A program made the position numbers and the translations under genes. From positions 768,001-832,000 of the forward strand of contig CAVXXK010000001.1 of assembly GCA_963765675.1 (NCBI GenBank): a DNA stretch of 64,000 bases, read 5' to 3'. This document shows, piece by piece, positions 21,730 to 31,043 of this stretch. Each line of letters begins with the position of its first letter. Within the stretch, counting starts at the first letter, position 1. The notes under the pieces were generated by a model. The model searched no databases. It was given only the letters and a program-made list of their open reading frames with translations, and was not told the origin of the DNA. The DNA is from an uncultured delta proteobacterium (GTDB taxonomy: Bacteria > Desulfobacterota > Binatia > Binatales > Binataceae).

Positions 21730-21757
21730 CGAAGAATCGTAAAATTACGATTGTTCG
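21730..21757. promoter_or_regulatory. Palindrome, candidate upstream activator site
   Basis: CGAAGAATCGTAA-AA-TTACGATTGTTCG (12/13 inverted match), 70-95 bp upstream of the sigma54 motif. Confidence 0.5.
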
Positions 21758-21817
21758 CAAGACTCGCAAGAATTCGCGATCGCCAACCGCCAGCTGCGAG
21801 AGTCAGGCGTTGATGCC

Positions 21818-23776
21818 ATGAAACCCTCACTCCCCGAGAACGAGGCTGAGCGCTTGAACGCGCTTCGGCGGTACCAAATCCTCGACACGCCGCCGGAACC
21901 GGCTTTCGACCGTATCGCTGAGATGGCGGCGAATTTCTTTCACGTGCCGATGGCTGGCGTAAGTCTGGTTGACGAGGATCGCGTCTGGTTCAAGTCTCGC
22001 GTCGGCATTGACTTCCATCAGACCGCGCGTGACGCCGGGTTATGTTCTTTGGCGATGCTCTCGCAAGGAGTCTACCACCTGAGCGACGCTGCCCATGACC
22101 AGAGCGCACTCCGCCATTCGTTCGTTGCAGATCTCGACATCCGCTTCTACGCGGCTGCTCCGCTGCGCAATCACGAGGGCTTCAATCTTGGAACCGTGTG
22201 GGTCCTCGACCAGAAGCCGCGCGAACTGGCATCGGGCGAGGCAGAAATGCTCCGGGCGTTGGCAGCGCTCGCCATGAATCAGATGGAACTGCGACTCTAC
22301 GCAGAGAAGGTCGCCCGGCTGGAACGCGCTGAAAGAACGATCGGCGAGCAACTGCATGAAGCAAACCAGCGCCTGGCCCAAAGCGAGGAACAGTTCCGTG
22401 ACCTTTTTGAGGAAGCACCCATCGCGTACGTCCATCAGGGTTTTGATACACGCATCTACCGGGCTAATCGCACGGCGATGAAAATCCTCGGCGTCAAACC
22501 GGGGGAAATCGAAGGGATGGAGGGAACCTCCTTTTGGTCCGATACGCCAGAGGCTCAACGCCGAGGCCGCGAGGCGCTTCCGTTGATGGCGGCCGGTACC
22601 GATGAAAAGGGGGTGGTCCTCGAACTGCGGCGTATGGACGACGGCAGACCGGTGTGGGTCAGATGGTGGTGCAGGCCGGAGCCCGGCGGCAGTTACACTC
22701 GTAGTATGTTCATCGACATCACCGAGCAAGTCCTGATGGAGCAGGAGAAGGCACGCCTCGAGGCCCAGAACGCATACCTGCTCGACGAAATCCGAACCGA
22801 ACAGAGGTTCGGCGGTATCATCGGCGGAAGTTCCAGATTGCGAAAAGTGATGCAGCGGGCTCAACTCGTTGCGCCGACCGATGCTACCGTCCTGATCACC
22901 GGGGAAAGCGGTACAGGAAAGGAGCTCGTCGCACGGGCCATCCACGAGCAGAGCTCGCGACGCGAACGCCCTCTGATCAAACTCAATTGCAGCGCGGTGC
23001 CTGAAGGTCTCTTCGAGAGCGAGTTCTTTGGGCACGTAAAAGGGGCTTTCACAGGCGCACTCAAGGACAAGCCGGGCCGTTTTGAACTGGCCGATGGCGG
23101 CACGTTATTCCTCGATGAAATCGGCGAAGTGCCGCTCGCGATGCAAGCCAAGCTGCTCCGCGTATTGCAGGAACAGGAGCTTGAACGGGTCGGTGACACC
23201 CGCACGCGCAAGGTTAATGTACGGGTCATCGCCGCATCCAATCGGAACCTAAAGAGGGAGGTCGACGAAGGTCGCTTTCGCCAGGACCTTTTCTACCGGC
23301 TCAGCGTTTTCCCGATCGAGATCCCGCCGCTCAGAGAGCGCCGCGATGACATTCCGCCGCTCGTCGCGCATTTCATCCGCCAAAGCGCGCGCCGGATGAA
23401 TCGTCCTGAGCCACAGCTCAGCAAGGCGGCACTAGATCGACTCGGCTCGTACGACTGGCCTGGTAATGTGCGTGAACTTCAAAACACGGTCGAGCGCGCT
23501 ATTATCCTGTGGCGGGAGGGTCCGCTCACCTTCGACCTACCCGCCTCGCCGACACGCGAAAATACTGAGCAGCGACCCAAACCAGCCGCGGACGGCGTGC
23601 TCCTTACCCGCGACGAATTAAAACGACAGGAGCGCGAGACGATTATAAACGCCCTAAAGCAGGCCAACGGAAAGGTCTCCGGACCAGGGGGTGCAGCGGA
23701 ATTGCTGGCAATGAAGCCCTCGACATTGGCATCGCGCATTTCTTCCCTGGGCATCAGTCGCAGAACACTGAGCTGA
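21818..23776 (+). CDS. GAF-PAS sigma54-dependent (Fis-family) enhancer-binding protein
   Basis: EAERLNALRRYQILDT GAF, PAS segment, GESGTGKE, ESEFFGH, GAFTGA, LFLDEIG, WPGNVREL, C-terminal HTH. Confidence 0.94.
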   Translation: MKPSLPENEAERLNALRRYQILDTPPEPAFDRIAEMAANFFHVPMAGVSLVDEDRVWFKSRVGIDFHQTARDAGLCSLAMLSQGVYHLSDAAHDQSALRHSFVADLDIRFYAAAPLRNHEGFNLGTVWVLDQKPRELASGEAEMLRALAALAMNQMELRLYAEKVARLERAERTIGEQLHEANQRLAQSEEQFRDLFEEAPIAYVHQGFDTRIYRANRTAMKILGVKPGEIEGMEGTSFWSDTPEAQRRGREALPLMAAGTDEKGVVLELRRMDDGRPVWVRWWCRPEPGGSYTRSMFIDITEQVLMEQEKARLEAQNAYLLDEIRTEQRFGGIIGGSSRLRKVMQRAQLVAPTDATVLITGESGTGKELVARAIHEQSSRRERPLIKLNCSAVPEGLFESEFFGHVKGAFTGALKDKPGRFELADGGTLFLDEIGEVPLAMQAKLLRVLQEQELERVGDTRTRKVNVRVIAASNRNLKREVDEGRFRQDLFYRLSVFPIEIPPLRERRDDIPPLVAHFIRQSARRMNRPEPQLSKAALDRLGSYDWPGNVRELQNTVERAIILWREGPLTFDLPASPTRENTEQRPKPAADGVLLTRDELKRQERETIINALKQANGKVSGPGGAAELLAMKPSTLASRISSLGISRRTLS

Positions 23777-23830
23777 GGGCACCTTGTTCTGATTACACAT
23801 GGTCGCCAAGCCCCAAACCAAATCGACAAA

Positions 23831-24691
23831 TCATCGAATGTTCGACCTCACAAAACCGCAACGCACTGCGCGTACATAGTCGTGGTCCGTTTTACCGGCG
23901 CTAAGCACATCGCCGTCGCCGAAGAGCACGCCCCACGCGAGCAGCGACCCGGGGGGCTTGACGATCGGGCTGGGGGCGTAGGTCGAACTTGACCAATAAT
24001 AGGCTTTCGATGGGCCGCCAGACTCGGTGCAACTGCACTCTTCGGTGTACCCGGCGCCATCCACAGTACAGCCAAATGTGCAGTTTTTGTTGAACGCCTC
24101 ATCAACCGGCGGGAGGTAGGTCTGGTAGTCCACGATGCTTTGCAGCTCCTTGACGTTGGGTATGCGCCAGTCGCAGTGGCGGGCGAAGCAGGGACGGGTG
24201 TTGAGCTGCGCAACCCACTGGAAGATCGTCATTCCGCCGCCTGAGACGTTGCACGTCCCACCGTCTGAGCAATCCGCGTCGGTGCCGCACACTGTGGTAG
24301 AGCTGTTCGAACACGTCCCCTCCCACGGGTAGGTGTTGTCCCAGTTGTGGAGGCCACCGATGGCCTGGTCCTTCTTCTCCCACATCAGCTTGGTGTTCCG
24401 GTCTGTGATGGTGCCGTCGCCGTTGTCCCGGAATCTGAGCGGCGCCCCGGCTCTGATCTCACCGTCATCGCCCGCAACGTATGCAGTCGTCTGCCCGGTT
24501 GCTGGGAAGCTCTGCGGTTCGAAAAAGGCTGGGCAGCCCTTAGCAGGTTGGCGAAATAGTGTCTTTGCCCCGCTCTCGACGGTCTGGGTAAATCCCGCTC
24601 CGATCCCATCCTGATCAGATTGAGCGTATCCAGCTCCCGTCCACAGCAGCGTGATACACACGGCAATAAGCGTCAGATTTGATTTTCTCAT
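23831..24691 (-). CDS. Secreted DUF1566 (Lcl C-terminal) domain protein with Cys-rich inserts
   Basis: Signal peptide MRKSNLTLIAV...GYA; FRDNGDGTITDRNTKLMWEK, DWRIPNVKELQSI, YYWSSS, VRAVR. Confidence 0.85.
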   Translation of the reverse strand: MRKSNLTLIAVCITLLWTGAGYAQSDQDGIGAGFTQTVESGAKTLFRQPAKGCPAFFEPQSFPATGQTTAYVAGDDGEIRAGAPLRFRDNGDGTITDRNTKLMWEKKDQAIGGLHNWDNTYPWEGTCSNSSTTVCGTDADCSDGGTCNVSGGGMTIFQWVAQLNTRPCFARHCDWRIPNVKELQSIVDYQTYLPPVDEAFNKNCTFGCTVDGAGYTEECSCTESGGPSKAYYWSSSTYAPSPIVKPPGSLLAWGVLFGDGDVLSAGKTDHDYVRAVRCGFVRSNIR

Positions 24692-24796
24692 AACGCTTGT
24701 TAACGTTCCTCTCATCAATGCGAACCCTGGGTGTAAGTGAACGATACACAAGTCTGCGGTTCAGAAGTGTTTTCTGCCGACTTTCTCAATACCGTG

Positions 24797-25714
24797 CTAG
24801 GCAGTCTGGAGCCACTCCAGCCGACGCGGTCGGAAGTTCAGCTCACGTTTGGCTTTCTCATTCGATGCACCTCGAAGCCTGGTCGCGTAATAGACGGAAT
24901 CGGCGCCGGAGGTGGCAAGCGCCTGCTGCTCCGTGATTTGAGGCGGTTGCGGTGCTCCGCACGCGCGAGCAAATGCGGGCAGCCATCGACGCTGCTCGCT
25001 CGGGTCATCGTCCACAATATTGTACACCCCCGGCGCGCATCGGAGCGCCGCCACGGTCGCCGCGGCGGCATCTTCTATGTGGATGAAACTCGACACGCCG
25101 TTGCCCTTGCCGATGATCGGGACACGCCGTTGGCGCACCTGCTCGCCCATATCGCCAGTGCTCGTGTACCACGTGCCCGGTCCATAGAAGAATCCGTAAC
25201 GCAGAGCGACGCATTGTATCGCCGGTGTTCCGAACGCGGCCGATTCCAGCTCAATATACGTACGCGCTCCGGCGGCGACCCCCGGAGACGCGTCAACCGC
25301 AAACGACTCCTTTTCAGTGGCGAGACCCGCGCCGGGGGCATACCAGAATCCCGATGATTGCAGGATGTAGCGGCGCACTCCGCCGTCATGCATCGCAGCC
25401 AGCAGACTGATATTCCCCCTGGTTCTGACTGTGCGATCACGATCCGCCGCCGCCTTCATTTCTTCCGGCGTGTAATGTCTGGGCAGCGAGGTCAACTCGT
25501 TGATGATGGCCTCTGGTCGAATCCGTTGGATCGCGGCCTTAACCGAGGCGGCATCGAGCGCATCGCCGGTCACAGCCTCCGCGCCCATCTTACTCAGGGC
25601 GCTTTCTGAATCAGACGAACGCACCAGTCCAAACACCGCGTGGCCGTTTTGCTTCAAATAATCAATCAGCGGCCGGCCGATAGCGCCAGTCGCTCCCGCA
25701 ACCAGAACTTTCAT
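24797..25714 (-). CDS. NAD-dependent epimerase/dehydratase (atypical SDR)
   Basis: MKVLVAGATGAIG, LRYGFFYGPG, SFIHIEDAA; AGGAGG RBS. Confidence 0.88.
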   Translation of the reverse strand: MKVLVAGATGAIGRPLIDYLKQNGHAVFGLVRSSDSESALSKMGAEAVTGDALDAASVKAAIQRIRPEAIINELTSLPRHYTPEEMKAAADRDRTVRTRGNISLLAAMHDGGVRRYILQSSGFWYAPGAGLATEKESFAVDASPGVAAGARTYIELESAAFGTPAIQCVALRYGFFYGPGTWYTSTGDMGEQVRQRRVPIIGKGNGVSSFIHIEDAAAATVAALRCAPGVYNIVDDDPSEQRRWLPAFARACGAPQPPQITEQQALATSGADSVYYATRLRGASNEKAKRELNFRPRRLEWLQTA

Positions 25715-25819
25715 TGCACACCTCCTGGAATGGCGTTGAGAAAAAAGGACGGAGTTAGAACGAGCTCCGTTCAACGTCGTGCCTGGAAACCGGAGGAACA
25801 GCTCCCTCGAGCGCCCTAA

Positions 25820-28800
25820 TCAATTGAGAGTGGACAGCAGCGCCGTCGCTTGCTTGAAATCGGTGCTCTCGTGGCCCTCACTGACGGTCGCGATAACCGG
25901 GGCAAGGATCGCTTTCGCCTCTTCCCGCCGATCGTGAAAGTGGAGGAAGGCGGCGAGGCTGGTCGCGCTGCGCAACTCCCAACAGCGCGCTTGCTGGCGG
26001 CGAGCGATCTCGATCGCCTGCTGAAAGCTGCGTTCTGTCTCATGAGGGTCGCCGCGATGCATCACGATCAATTCGCCGCGCAGACGCCATATCTCGGCTT
26101 CGTGCATGCGCTGGCCGCTGCTCGAGATCACCTTGAAGGCCTCGGCAACAACCGCGAGTCCCTTTTCAGGCTCGCGCGATCCCAGGTATGCCTCGGCTAG
26201 CAGGCTCAGCGCGTAACAGTAGATCAACTCGCCACCGTTCTCGATCAGCGCCGTCATTGCCGCGCGCATCCGAATGATCCCGGCGGCGTAATTGCCTTCG
26301 CCGACCAACACCCGCCCGATAATCATCGAGGCCACCGCCGACCAGTATGGAAAGCCGCCCTCGCGCGCGATTTCGATGAGCGATTCCGCCCGCGGCCGAA
26401 TGGTCGTGTGGTCGCCGCGAAAGTGCGCCAGCGCGATTGCGTACATCAGGGCGAACGCGATGCTGTAAGGGCTGCCGAGGCGGTTGGCGAGTTCCAGCGC
26501 CTCTTCGCCTCGCGCATTCGCCTGATCGGCGTAGCCCAGCATCCACAGCGCCCACGAAATCTGGCATCGCGACGGGACCACCGCGGCCATCGGCATCGGC
26601 AGGTAGCGAGGAATATCACGATCGTAGATCGCGATCGCCTGGTCGAAATGCTCGCGCGCGCCGCCGAATTCGCCGCGCCACAAGCACGCCGAGCCGAGGT
26701 TGGTGTGCGCGGCGGCTTCGCCGATCTCGTCGTTCACCAGGCGCGAGAGCTTGAGGGTTTTCTCCGCCAAACTCATGGCATCGTGCAGGCGATTGCGCGC
26801 CAGGTTGAAGATGCACAGCCTGTACATGACGCCGAACATCTCCGGCCCCTCGCCGATACGCTGGCACAACGCCATCCCGCGATTGAGGCTTTCGGCCAGC
26901 GCGGGACTGGCAAAGCCCTGGGTGGTCGCCAGGAGCGGTGACTGAATTCCCAGCAGGTTGAGCTCTTCGCGATCGCGCTCGCGCGTGTCCGGCAGCGAAG
27001 CCAAAAGCGTAAGCGCCTGGTTGACGTAGCGGATCCCGTCGTCGTATGCGGAACGCGCACGGGCCTGTTCCGCCGCCAGCTTCAAATAGCCCACCGCTTT
27101 GGAGGCATTGCCGCTGGAAGCGTAATGATGCGCCAGTTCACCGAGGTGATCGTCGACTTGGCCGGCGAAAAGCTGCTCCATCGCCTCCGCCGTGGATTCA
27201 TGGATCTCGCGGCGCCGTTCGATCAATACGGAATTGTAGGCGACCTCCTGCGTAAGCGCATGCTTGAAGGTGTATTCGCTTTCCGGAAAGGCCGGCTTTT
27301 CATAGATGAACTCGGCAAGCTGGAGCCGGGCCAGTTCCGAAGTGAGTTCCTCTTCAGGGCGCGCGGTTACGCGGCGCGCCAGCGCCAATGGAAACTCCTT
27401 GCCAATTACCGCGAGGGTCTGCAGCAATTCCTTGCCCGCCGGAGCAAGCTGATCGATGCGCGCGGCCAGAATGCCCTGCACCGTCGGCGGAATGAGGATC
27501 GCACCGAGTGGTTTCGCCAGGGTCACGCCGCCATTGTCCGCCAGCACCCCTTGATCGAACAGCGCCTGGACCATTTCCTCCACGAAGAAAGGATTGCCGT
27601 CGGTCTTGGCGATGATCAACTCTTTGAGCTCGCGCAACTGAGGATCGTCGCCCACCAACCCGGAAAGCATCTCGGCGGCGCTCTCACGTCCGAGCGGGTC
27701 GAGCCGCAATTGCGTGTAGTAGGTCTTGCCGCCCCATTGATGTCCGTATTCGGGCCGGTAGTTGACCATCATCAGGATCCGCGCGGTACCGATGCTGTCG
27801 GCAAGGAGATCGAGCAGAGCCTGGGTCTCGGTATCGACCCAGTGCAGGTCTTCGAAAATGAGCAGCAGCGGCTGATTGAGGCTCTCGCGATGGACCACGC
27901 TTTTGATCGCTTCGCGTGTCCGGCGGCGCCTGATAGCAGCGTCCATTTCGCGCAGCGGACTGGTGGGATCTTCGACCCGCAGCAGCGCGAAGAGATAGGG
28001 CAAGCAGTCTTCGAGCGCACGGTCGAGTGCGAGCACTTTGCCGGTAACCTTTTCGCGCCGTGCGCGATCGTCGTCCTGATCGGCGATGCGAAAGTAGCTC
28101 TTGAGCAGCTCGATCACCGGCAGGTAGGGCGAGGCCCTTCCGTGCGAGACGGAAAAGGCCTCCATCACAAAGGAGTCGCCCTGTGACATCGACCTGAATT
28201 CATGGAAGAGGCGCGACTTGCCGACTCCCGCTTCGGCAACGGCGGCAACGATTTGGCCATGACCGGCGCGGGCCAGCCCGAGCGCGCGGCGGAGTTGATC
28301 GATTTCATTGTGGCGGCCCACGAATTTTGACAATCCCCGCTGAGCGGAAATCTGCAGCCGCGTGCGCAGAGCACCCAGCCCAATCACTTCATAGACGTTT
28401 ACCGGCTCGCTTACCCCCTTGACGCGCGTGGGGCCGAGTGGCTTGAACTCGAAATAACCTGCCGCCGATTTCTGCACCGTTTCCGTAACCGCGATCGAGC
28501 CTGTAGGCGCCAGCGTTTGCATCCGCGCGGCGAGGCTGGTCGAGTGGCCGATCGGCGTGTATTCGGTATGCTCATCATCGGTGCGAATCGAGCGCACCAC
28601 CACTTCGCCCATGTTGAGGCCGATGCGGATTTCCAGCGGCGGATTACCGGCCTCGCGCAGGCGCGACGAATACTTGCGCATCTCGCTTTGCAGTCTGAGC
28701 GCCGCATACAGGCCGCGATGGACGTGGTCCTCGCGCGCGATCGGAGCGCCGAACAGAGCGAAAATCCCGTCGCCGGTTGATTGGACAATGTAGCCGTCGT

Positions 28801-29182
28801 AGTGATGGACCGCGTCGATCATCAAGCGCAATGCGGGATCAACCAGTGCGCGTGCCACTTCGGGGTCGAGCTCCTCCATCAGATCCATCGACCCTTTGAT
28901 ATCGGCGAACAGCGCGGTGACGGTCTTGCGTTCGCCGTCGAGCGCATCCGTGATCGCCGGCTCGGGTGCGACGCGAACCTCAGGCTTCGGCGCTGCGTTC
29001 AGAGGGGCAGCCGATGCCGCCGCGGCGGGGCGCAGAGAATTTCCGCATTGCCCGCAGAACTTGAAAGACGCGGGATTATCGAAGGCACACTTCGGGCATC
29101 GATTGTCGAGCGGCGTGGCGCAGTTGCCGCAAAACTTCATACCTTGCGGATTTTCAGTTCCGCAGCTTGAACACTTTGGCAC
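25820..29182 (-). CDS. Second zinc ribbon + class III cyclase + AAA ATPase + TPR-like protein
   Basis: Four CxxC, LFADIKGS, TGDG, AEAGVGKS, LIFEDLHW, FKHALTQEVAY; GTG start. Confidence 0.92.
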   Translation of the reverse strand: MPKCSSCGTENPQGMKFCGNCATPLDNRCPKCAFDNPASFKFCGQCGNSLRPAAAASAAPLNAAPKPEVRVAPEPAITDALDGERKTVTALFADIKGSMDLMEELDPEVARALVDPALRLMIDAVHHYDGYIVQSTGDGIFALFGAPIAREDHVHRGLYAALRLQSEMRKYSSRLREAGNPPLEIRIGLNMGEVVVRSIRTDDEHTEYTPIGHSTSLAARMQTLAPTGSIAVTETVQKSAAGYFEFKPLGPTRVKGVSEPVNVYEVIGLGALRTRLQISAQRGLSKFVGRHNEIDQLRRALGLARAGHGQIVAAVAEAGVGKSRLFHEFRSMSQGDSFVMEAFSVSHGRASPYLPVIELLKSYFRIADQDDDRARREKVTGKVLALDRALEDCLPYLFALLRVEDPTSPLREMDAAIRRRRTREAIKSVVHRESLNQPLLLIFEDLHWVDTETQALLDLLADSIGTARILMMVNYRPEYGHQWGGKTYYTQLRLDPLGRESAAEMLSGLVGDDPQLRELKELIIAKTDGNPFFVEEMVQALFDQGVLADNGGVTLAKPLGAILIPPTVQGILAARIDQLAPAGKELLQTLAVIGKEFPLALARRVTARPEEELTSELARLQLAEFIYEKPAFPESEYTFKHALTQEVAYNSVLIERRREIHESTAEAMEQLFAGQVDDHLGELAHHYASSGNASKAVGYLKLAAEQARARSAYDDGIRYVNQALTLLASLPDTRERDREELNLLGIQSPLLATTQGFASPALAESLNRGMALCQRIGEGPEMFGVMYRLCIFNLARNRLHDAMSLAEKTLKLSRLVNDEIGEAAAHTNLGSACLWRGEFGGAREHFDQAIAIYDRDIPRYLPMPMAAVVPSRCQISWALWMLGYADQANARGEEALELANRLGSPYSIAFALMYAIALAHFRGDHTTIRPRAESLIEIAREGGFPYWSAVASMIIGRVLVGEGNYAAGIIRMRAAMTALIENGGELIYCYALSLLAEAYLGSREPEKGLAVVAEAFKVISSSGQRMHEAEIWRLRGELIVMHRGDPHETERSFQQAIEIARRQQARCWELRSATSLAAFLHFHDRREEAKAILAPVIATVSEGHESTDFKQATALLSTLN

Positions 29183-29429
29183 GCGATAAATCTAGCTCGA
29201 TCGGCCCTCCCGACCAATGATCTTCGACTTCTTTATTTTGGTTCGCATCAGACTGCGTCATCCGCCAGCAAGCCCTGATGCCCCCGATATTCTCCATTCG
29301 AATCGCCCTATATAGCGCCGATGTGACGCCGATTTGCTCTCATCTGCGGAACGATTGTTCTTGCGAGCGCCGCGTACGCGGGTGGGTGTACAATCTCATT
29401 TGACGCTGCCGCGTGGTTCATTTGACGCC

Positions 29430-30743
29430 GTGAAAGAATCATCAACCGCCGATCTCCCGCACGTTGTAATCCTGGGCGGTGGCTTTGGCGGGCTCACCGC
29501 CGCCCAAAAGTTGGCGAAAACGCCGGTCCGGATCACTCTTATCGACCGCCGCAACCATCATCTGTTCCAGCCGCTGCTCTACCAGGTAGCGACCGCGGCC
29601 CTTAATCCCAGCGACATCGCGTCGCCGATTCGGAGAATTCTGCGCCGGCAAAAGAACGTGAGCGTGATTCTGGGCGACGCGGTCGCGATCGACACCACGA
29701 AAAAGATCGTCCAGCTCGCCGACGGCGAAGTCGCGTACGACTTTCTGGTGCTCGCGGCCGGCGCTACGCATTCGTATTTCGGGCACGACGACTGGATCGA
29801 CGCTGCGCCGGGGCTCAAGACTCTCGAGGACGCGGTCGAAATCCGCCGTCGCGTGCTGGTCGCATACGAAGCGGCTGAACGCGAAATCGACCAGCGCAGG
29901 ATCACCGAATGGATGACCTTTGTGATCATCGGCGCGGGACCGACCGGAGTCGAGATGGCCGGGGCGCTGGCGGAAATCGCGCGCCGGGTATTGGAGCGCG
30001 ATTTTCGCCACATCCAGCCGGGTCGGGCTCGAATTGTCCTGATCGAGGCGGGACCACGAGCATTGCCCGCCATGTCACCCGATTCGTCGGCGAGCGCAAT
30101 CCGGCAACTGGAGCGAATCGGCGTCGAAGTAATCACCGGCTCCGCCGTGACCGCCATCGACGGCAACGGAGTCACGCACGCAGGAGGAAGAATCGACGCG
30201 CGCACGGTCATCTGGGCGGCCGGCGTCGCGGCTTCACCGCTCGGCAAAGCGCTCGGCGCGCCGGTGGACCGCGCCGGACGGGTGCTGGTGAATCAGGATC
30301 TTTCGGTGCCGGGCACGGATTCAGTTTTCGTCATTGGCGATCTCGCCGCGATCAAATCTGACGGCAAACCGGTTCCAGGAGTATCACCGGCCGCGATCCA
30401 GGAAGGACGCCATGTCGCCGCGAACATCGCGCGAATCGTGCGCGGCGAATCGCCCACCGCCTTCCGCTACCGCGACAAGGGCACGCTCGCCACGATCGGT
30501 CGTGCAGCGGCCGTCGCCGACCTGGGCCGGGTGCATCTGCACGGCCTTGTCGCATGGCTGACGTGGCTATTGGTTCACATCTTTTACCTGATCGGCTTTC
30601 GCAACCGATTCCTGGTGATCAGCGAATGGGCCTGGATGTATCTCTGGAACGATCGCGGCGCGCGCCTGATAACAGGCGACGTCGAGCCGCTGCTCGAGCG
30701 CGGCAAACGCCCCGACGATCGCGACCGGATGCTCTCACCTTAG
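29430..30743 (+). CDS. ndh: Type II NADH dehydrogenase-like FAD oxidoreductase
   Basis: GGGFGG, HLFQPLLYQVAT, GAGPTGVEMAG, WAAGV, FRYRDKGTLATIG; start uncertain (GTG 29430 chosen). Confidence 0.9.
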   Translation: MKESSTADLPHVVILGGGFGGLTAAQKLAKTPVRITLIDRRNHHLFQPLLYQVATAALNPSDIASPIRRILRRQKNVSVILGDAVAIDTTKKIVQLADGEVAYDFLVLAAGATHSYFGHDDWIDAAPGLKTLEDAVEIRRRVLVAYEAAEREIDQRRITEWMTFVIIGAGPTGVEMAGALAEIARRVLERDFRHIQPGRARIVLIEAGPRALPAMSPDSSASAIRQLERIGVEVITGSAVTAIDGNGVTHAGGRIDARTVIWAAGVAASPLGKALGAPVDRAGRVLVNQDLSVPGTDSVFVIGDLAAIKSDGKPVPGVSPAAIQEGRHVAANIARIVRGESPTAFRYRDKGTLATIGRAAAVADLGRVHLHGLVAWLTWLLVHIFYLIGFRNRFLVISEWAWMYLWNDRGARLITGDVEPLLERGKRPDDRDRMLSP

Positions 30744-30759
30744 TTGATCCGCGCCGAGT

Positions 30760-30781
30760 ACTACGGTCAGGATTGCAGCGC
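30760..30781. repeat. Left copy of an imperfect 22-bp direct repeat (other copy 32715-32736)
   Basis: ACTACGGTCAGGATTGCAGCGC vs ACTACGGCCGGAATTGCAGCGC, 19/22 identical. Confidence 0.65.
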
Positions 30782-31043
30782 ACTGAAACGCGTGTGAACT
30801 GGCTTGCGCTTCGTCGTCAGCATGGTTCGCCTCGTTTCATCTATAGCTGTGGTCGTCCAGAAAGCCGCTCGCCTTGCCGGGGCTGCTCTCCGAGAGAAAC
30901 AAACACTCCTTTTGTCTCCGTGTGGCAATCGTCGGTACAGAATGTGGCTATCGATGCTGTTTCGATGGATAGCGCCTAGATCATTGATATTGTATGTATT
31001 TTGGCGGAAGTACTAACTGAACGACATTTTAGGGGGGATTTTG

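Noticed and set aside
10399-25800. Genomic island integrated at tRNA-Ser
   Set aside because: No integrase, and I found no downstream copy of the tRNA 3' end by eye; mixed composition alone is not enough
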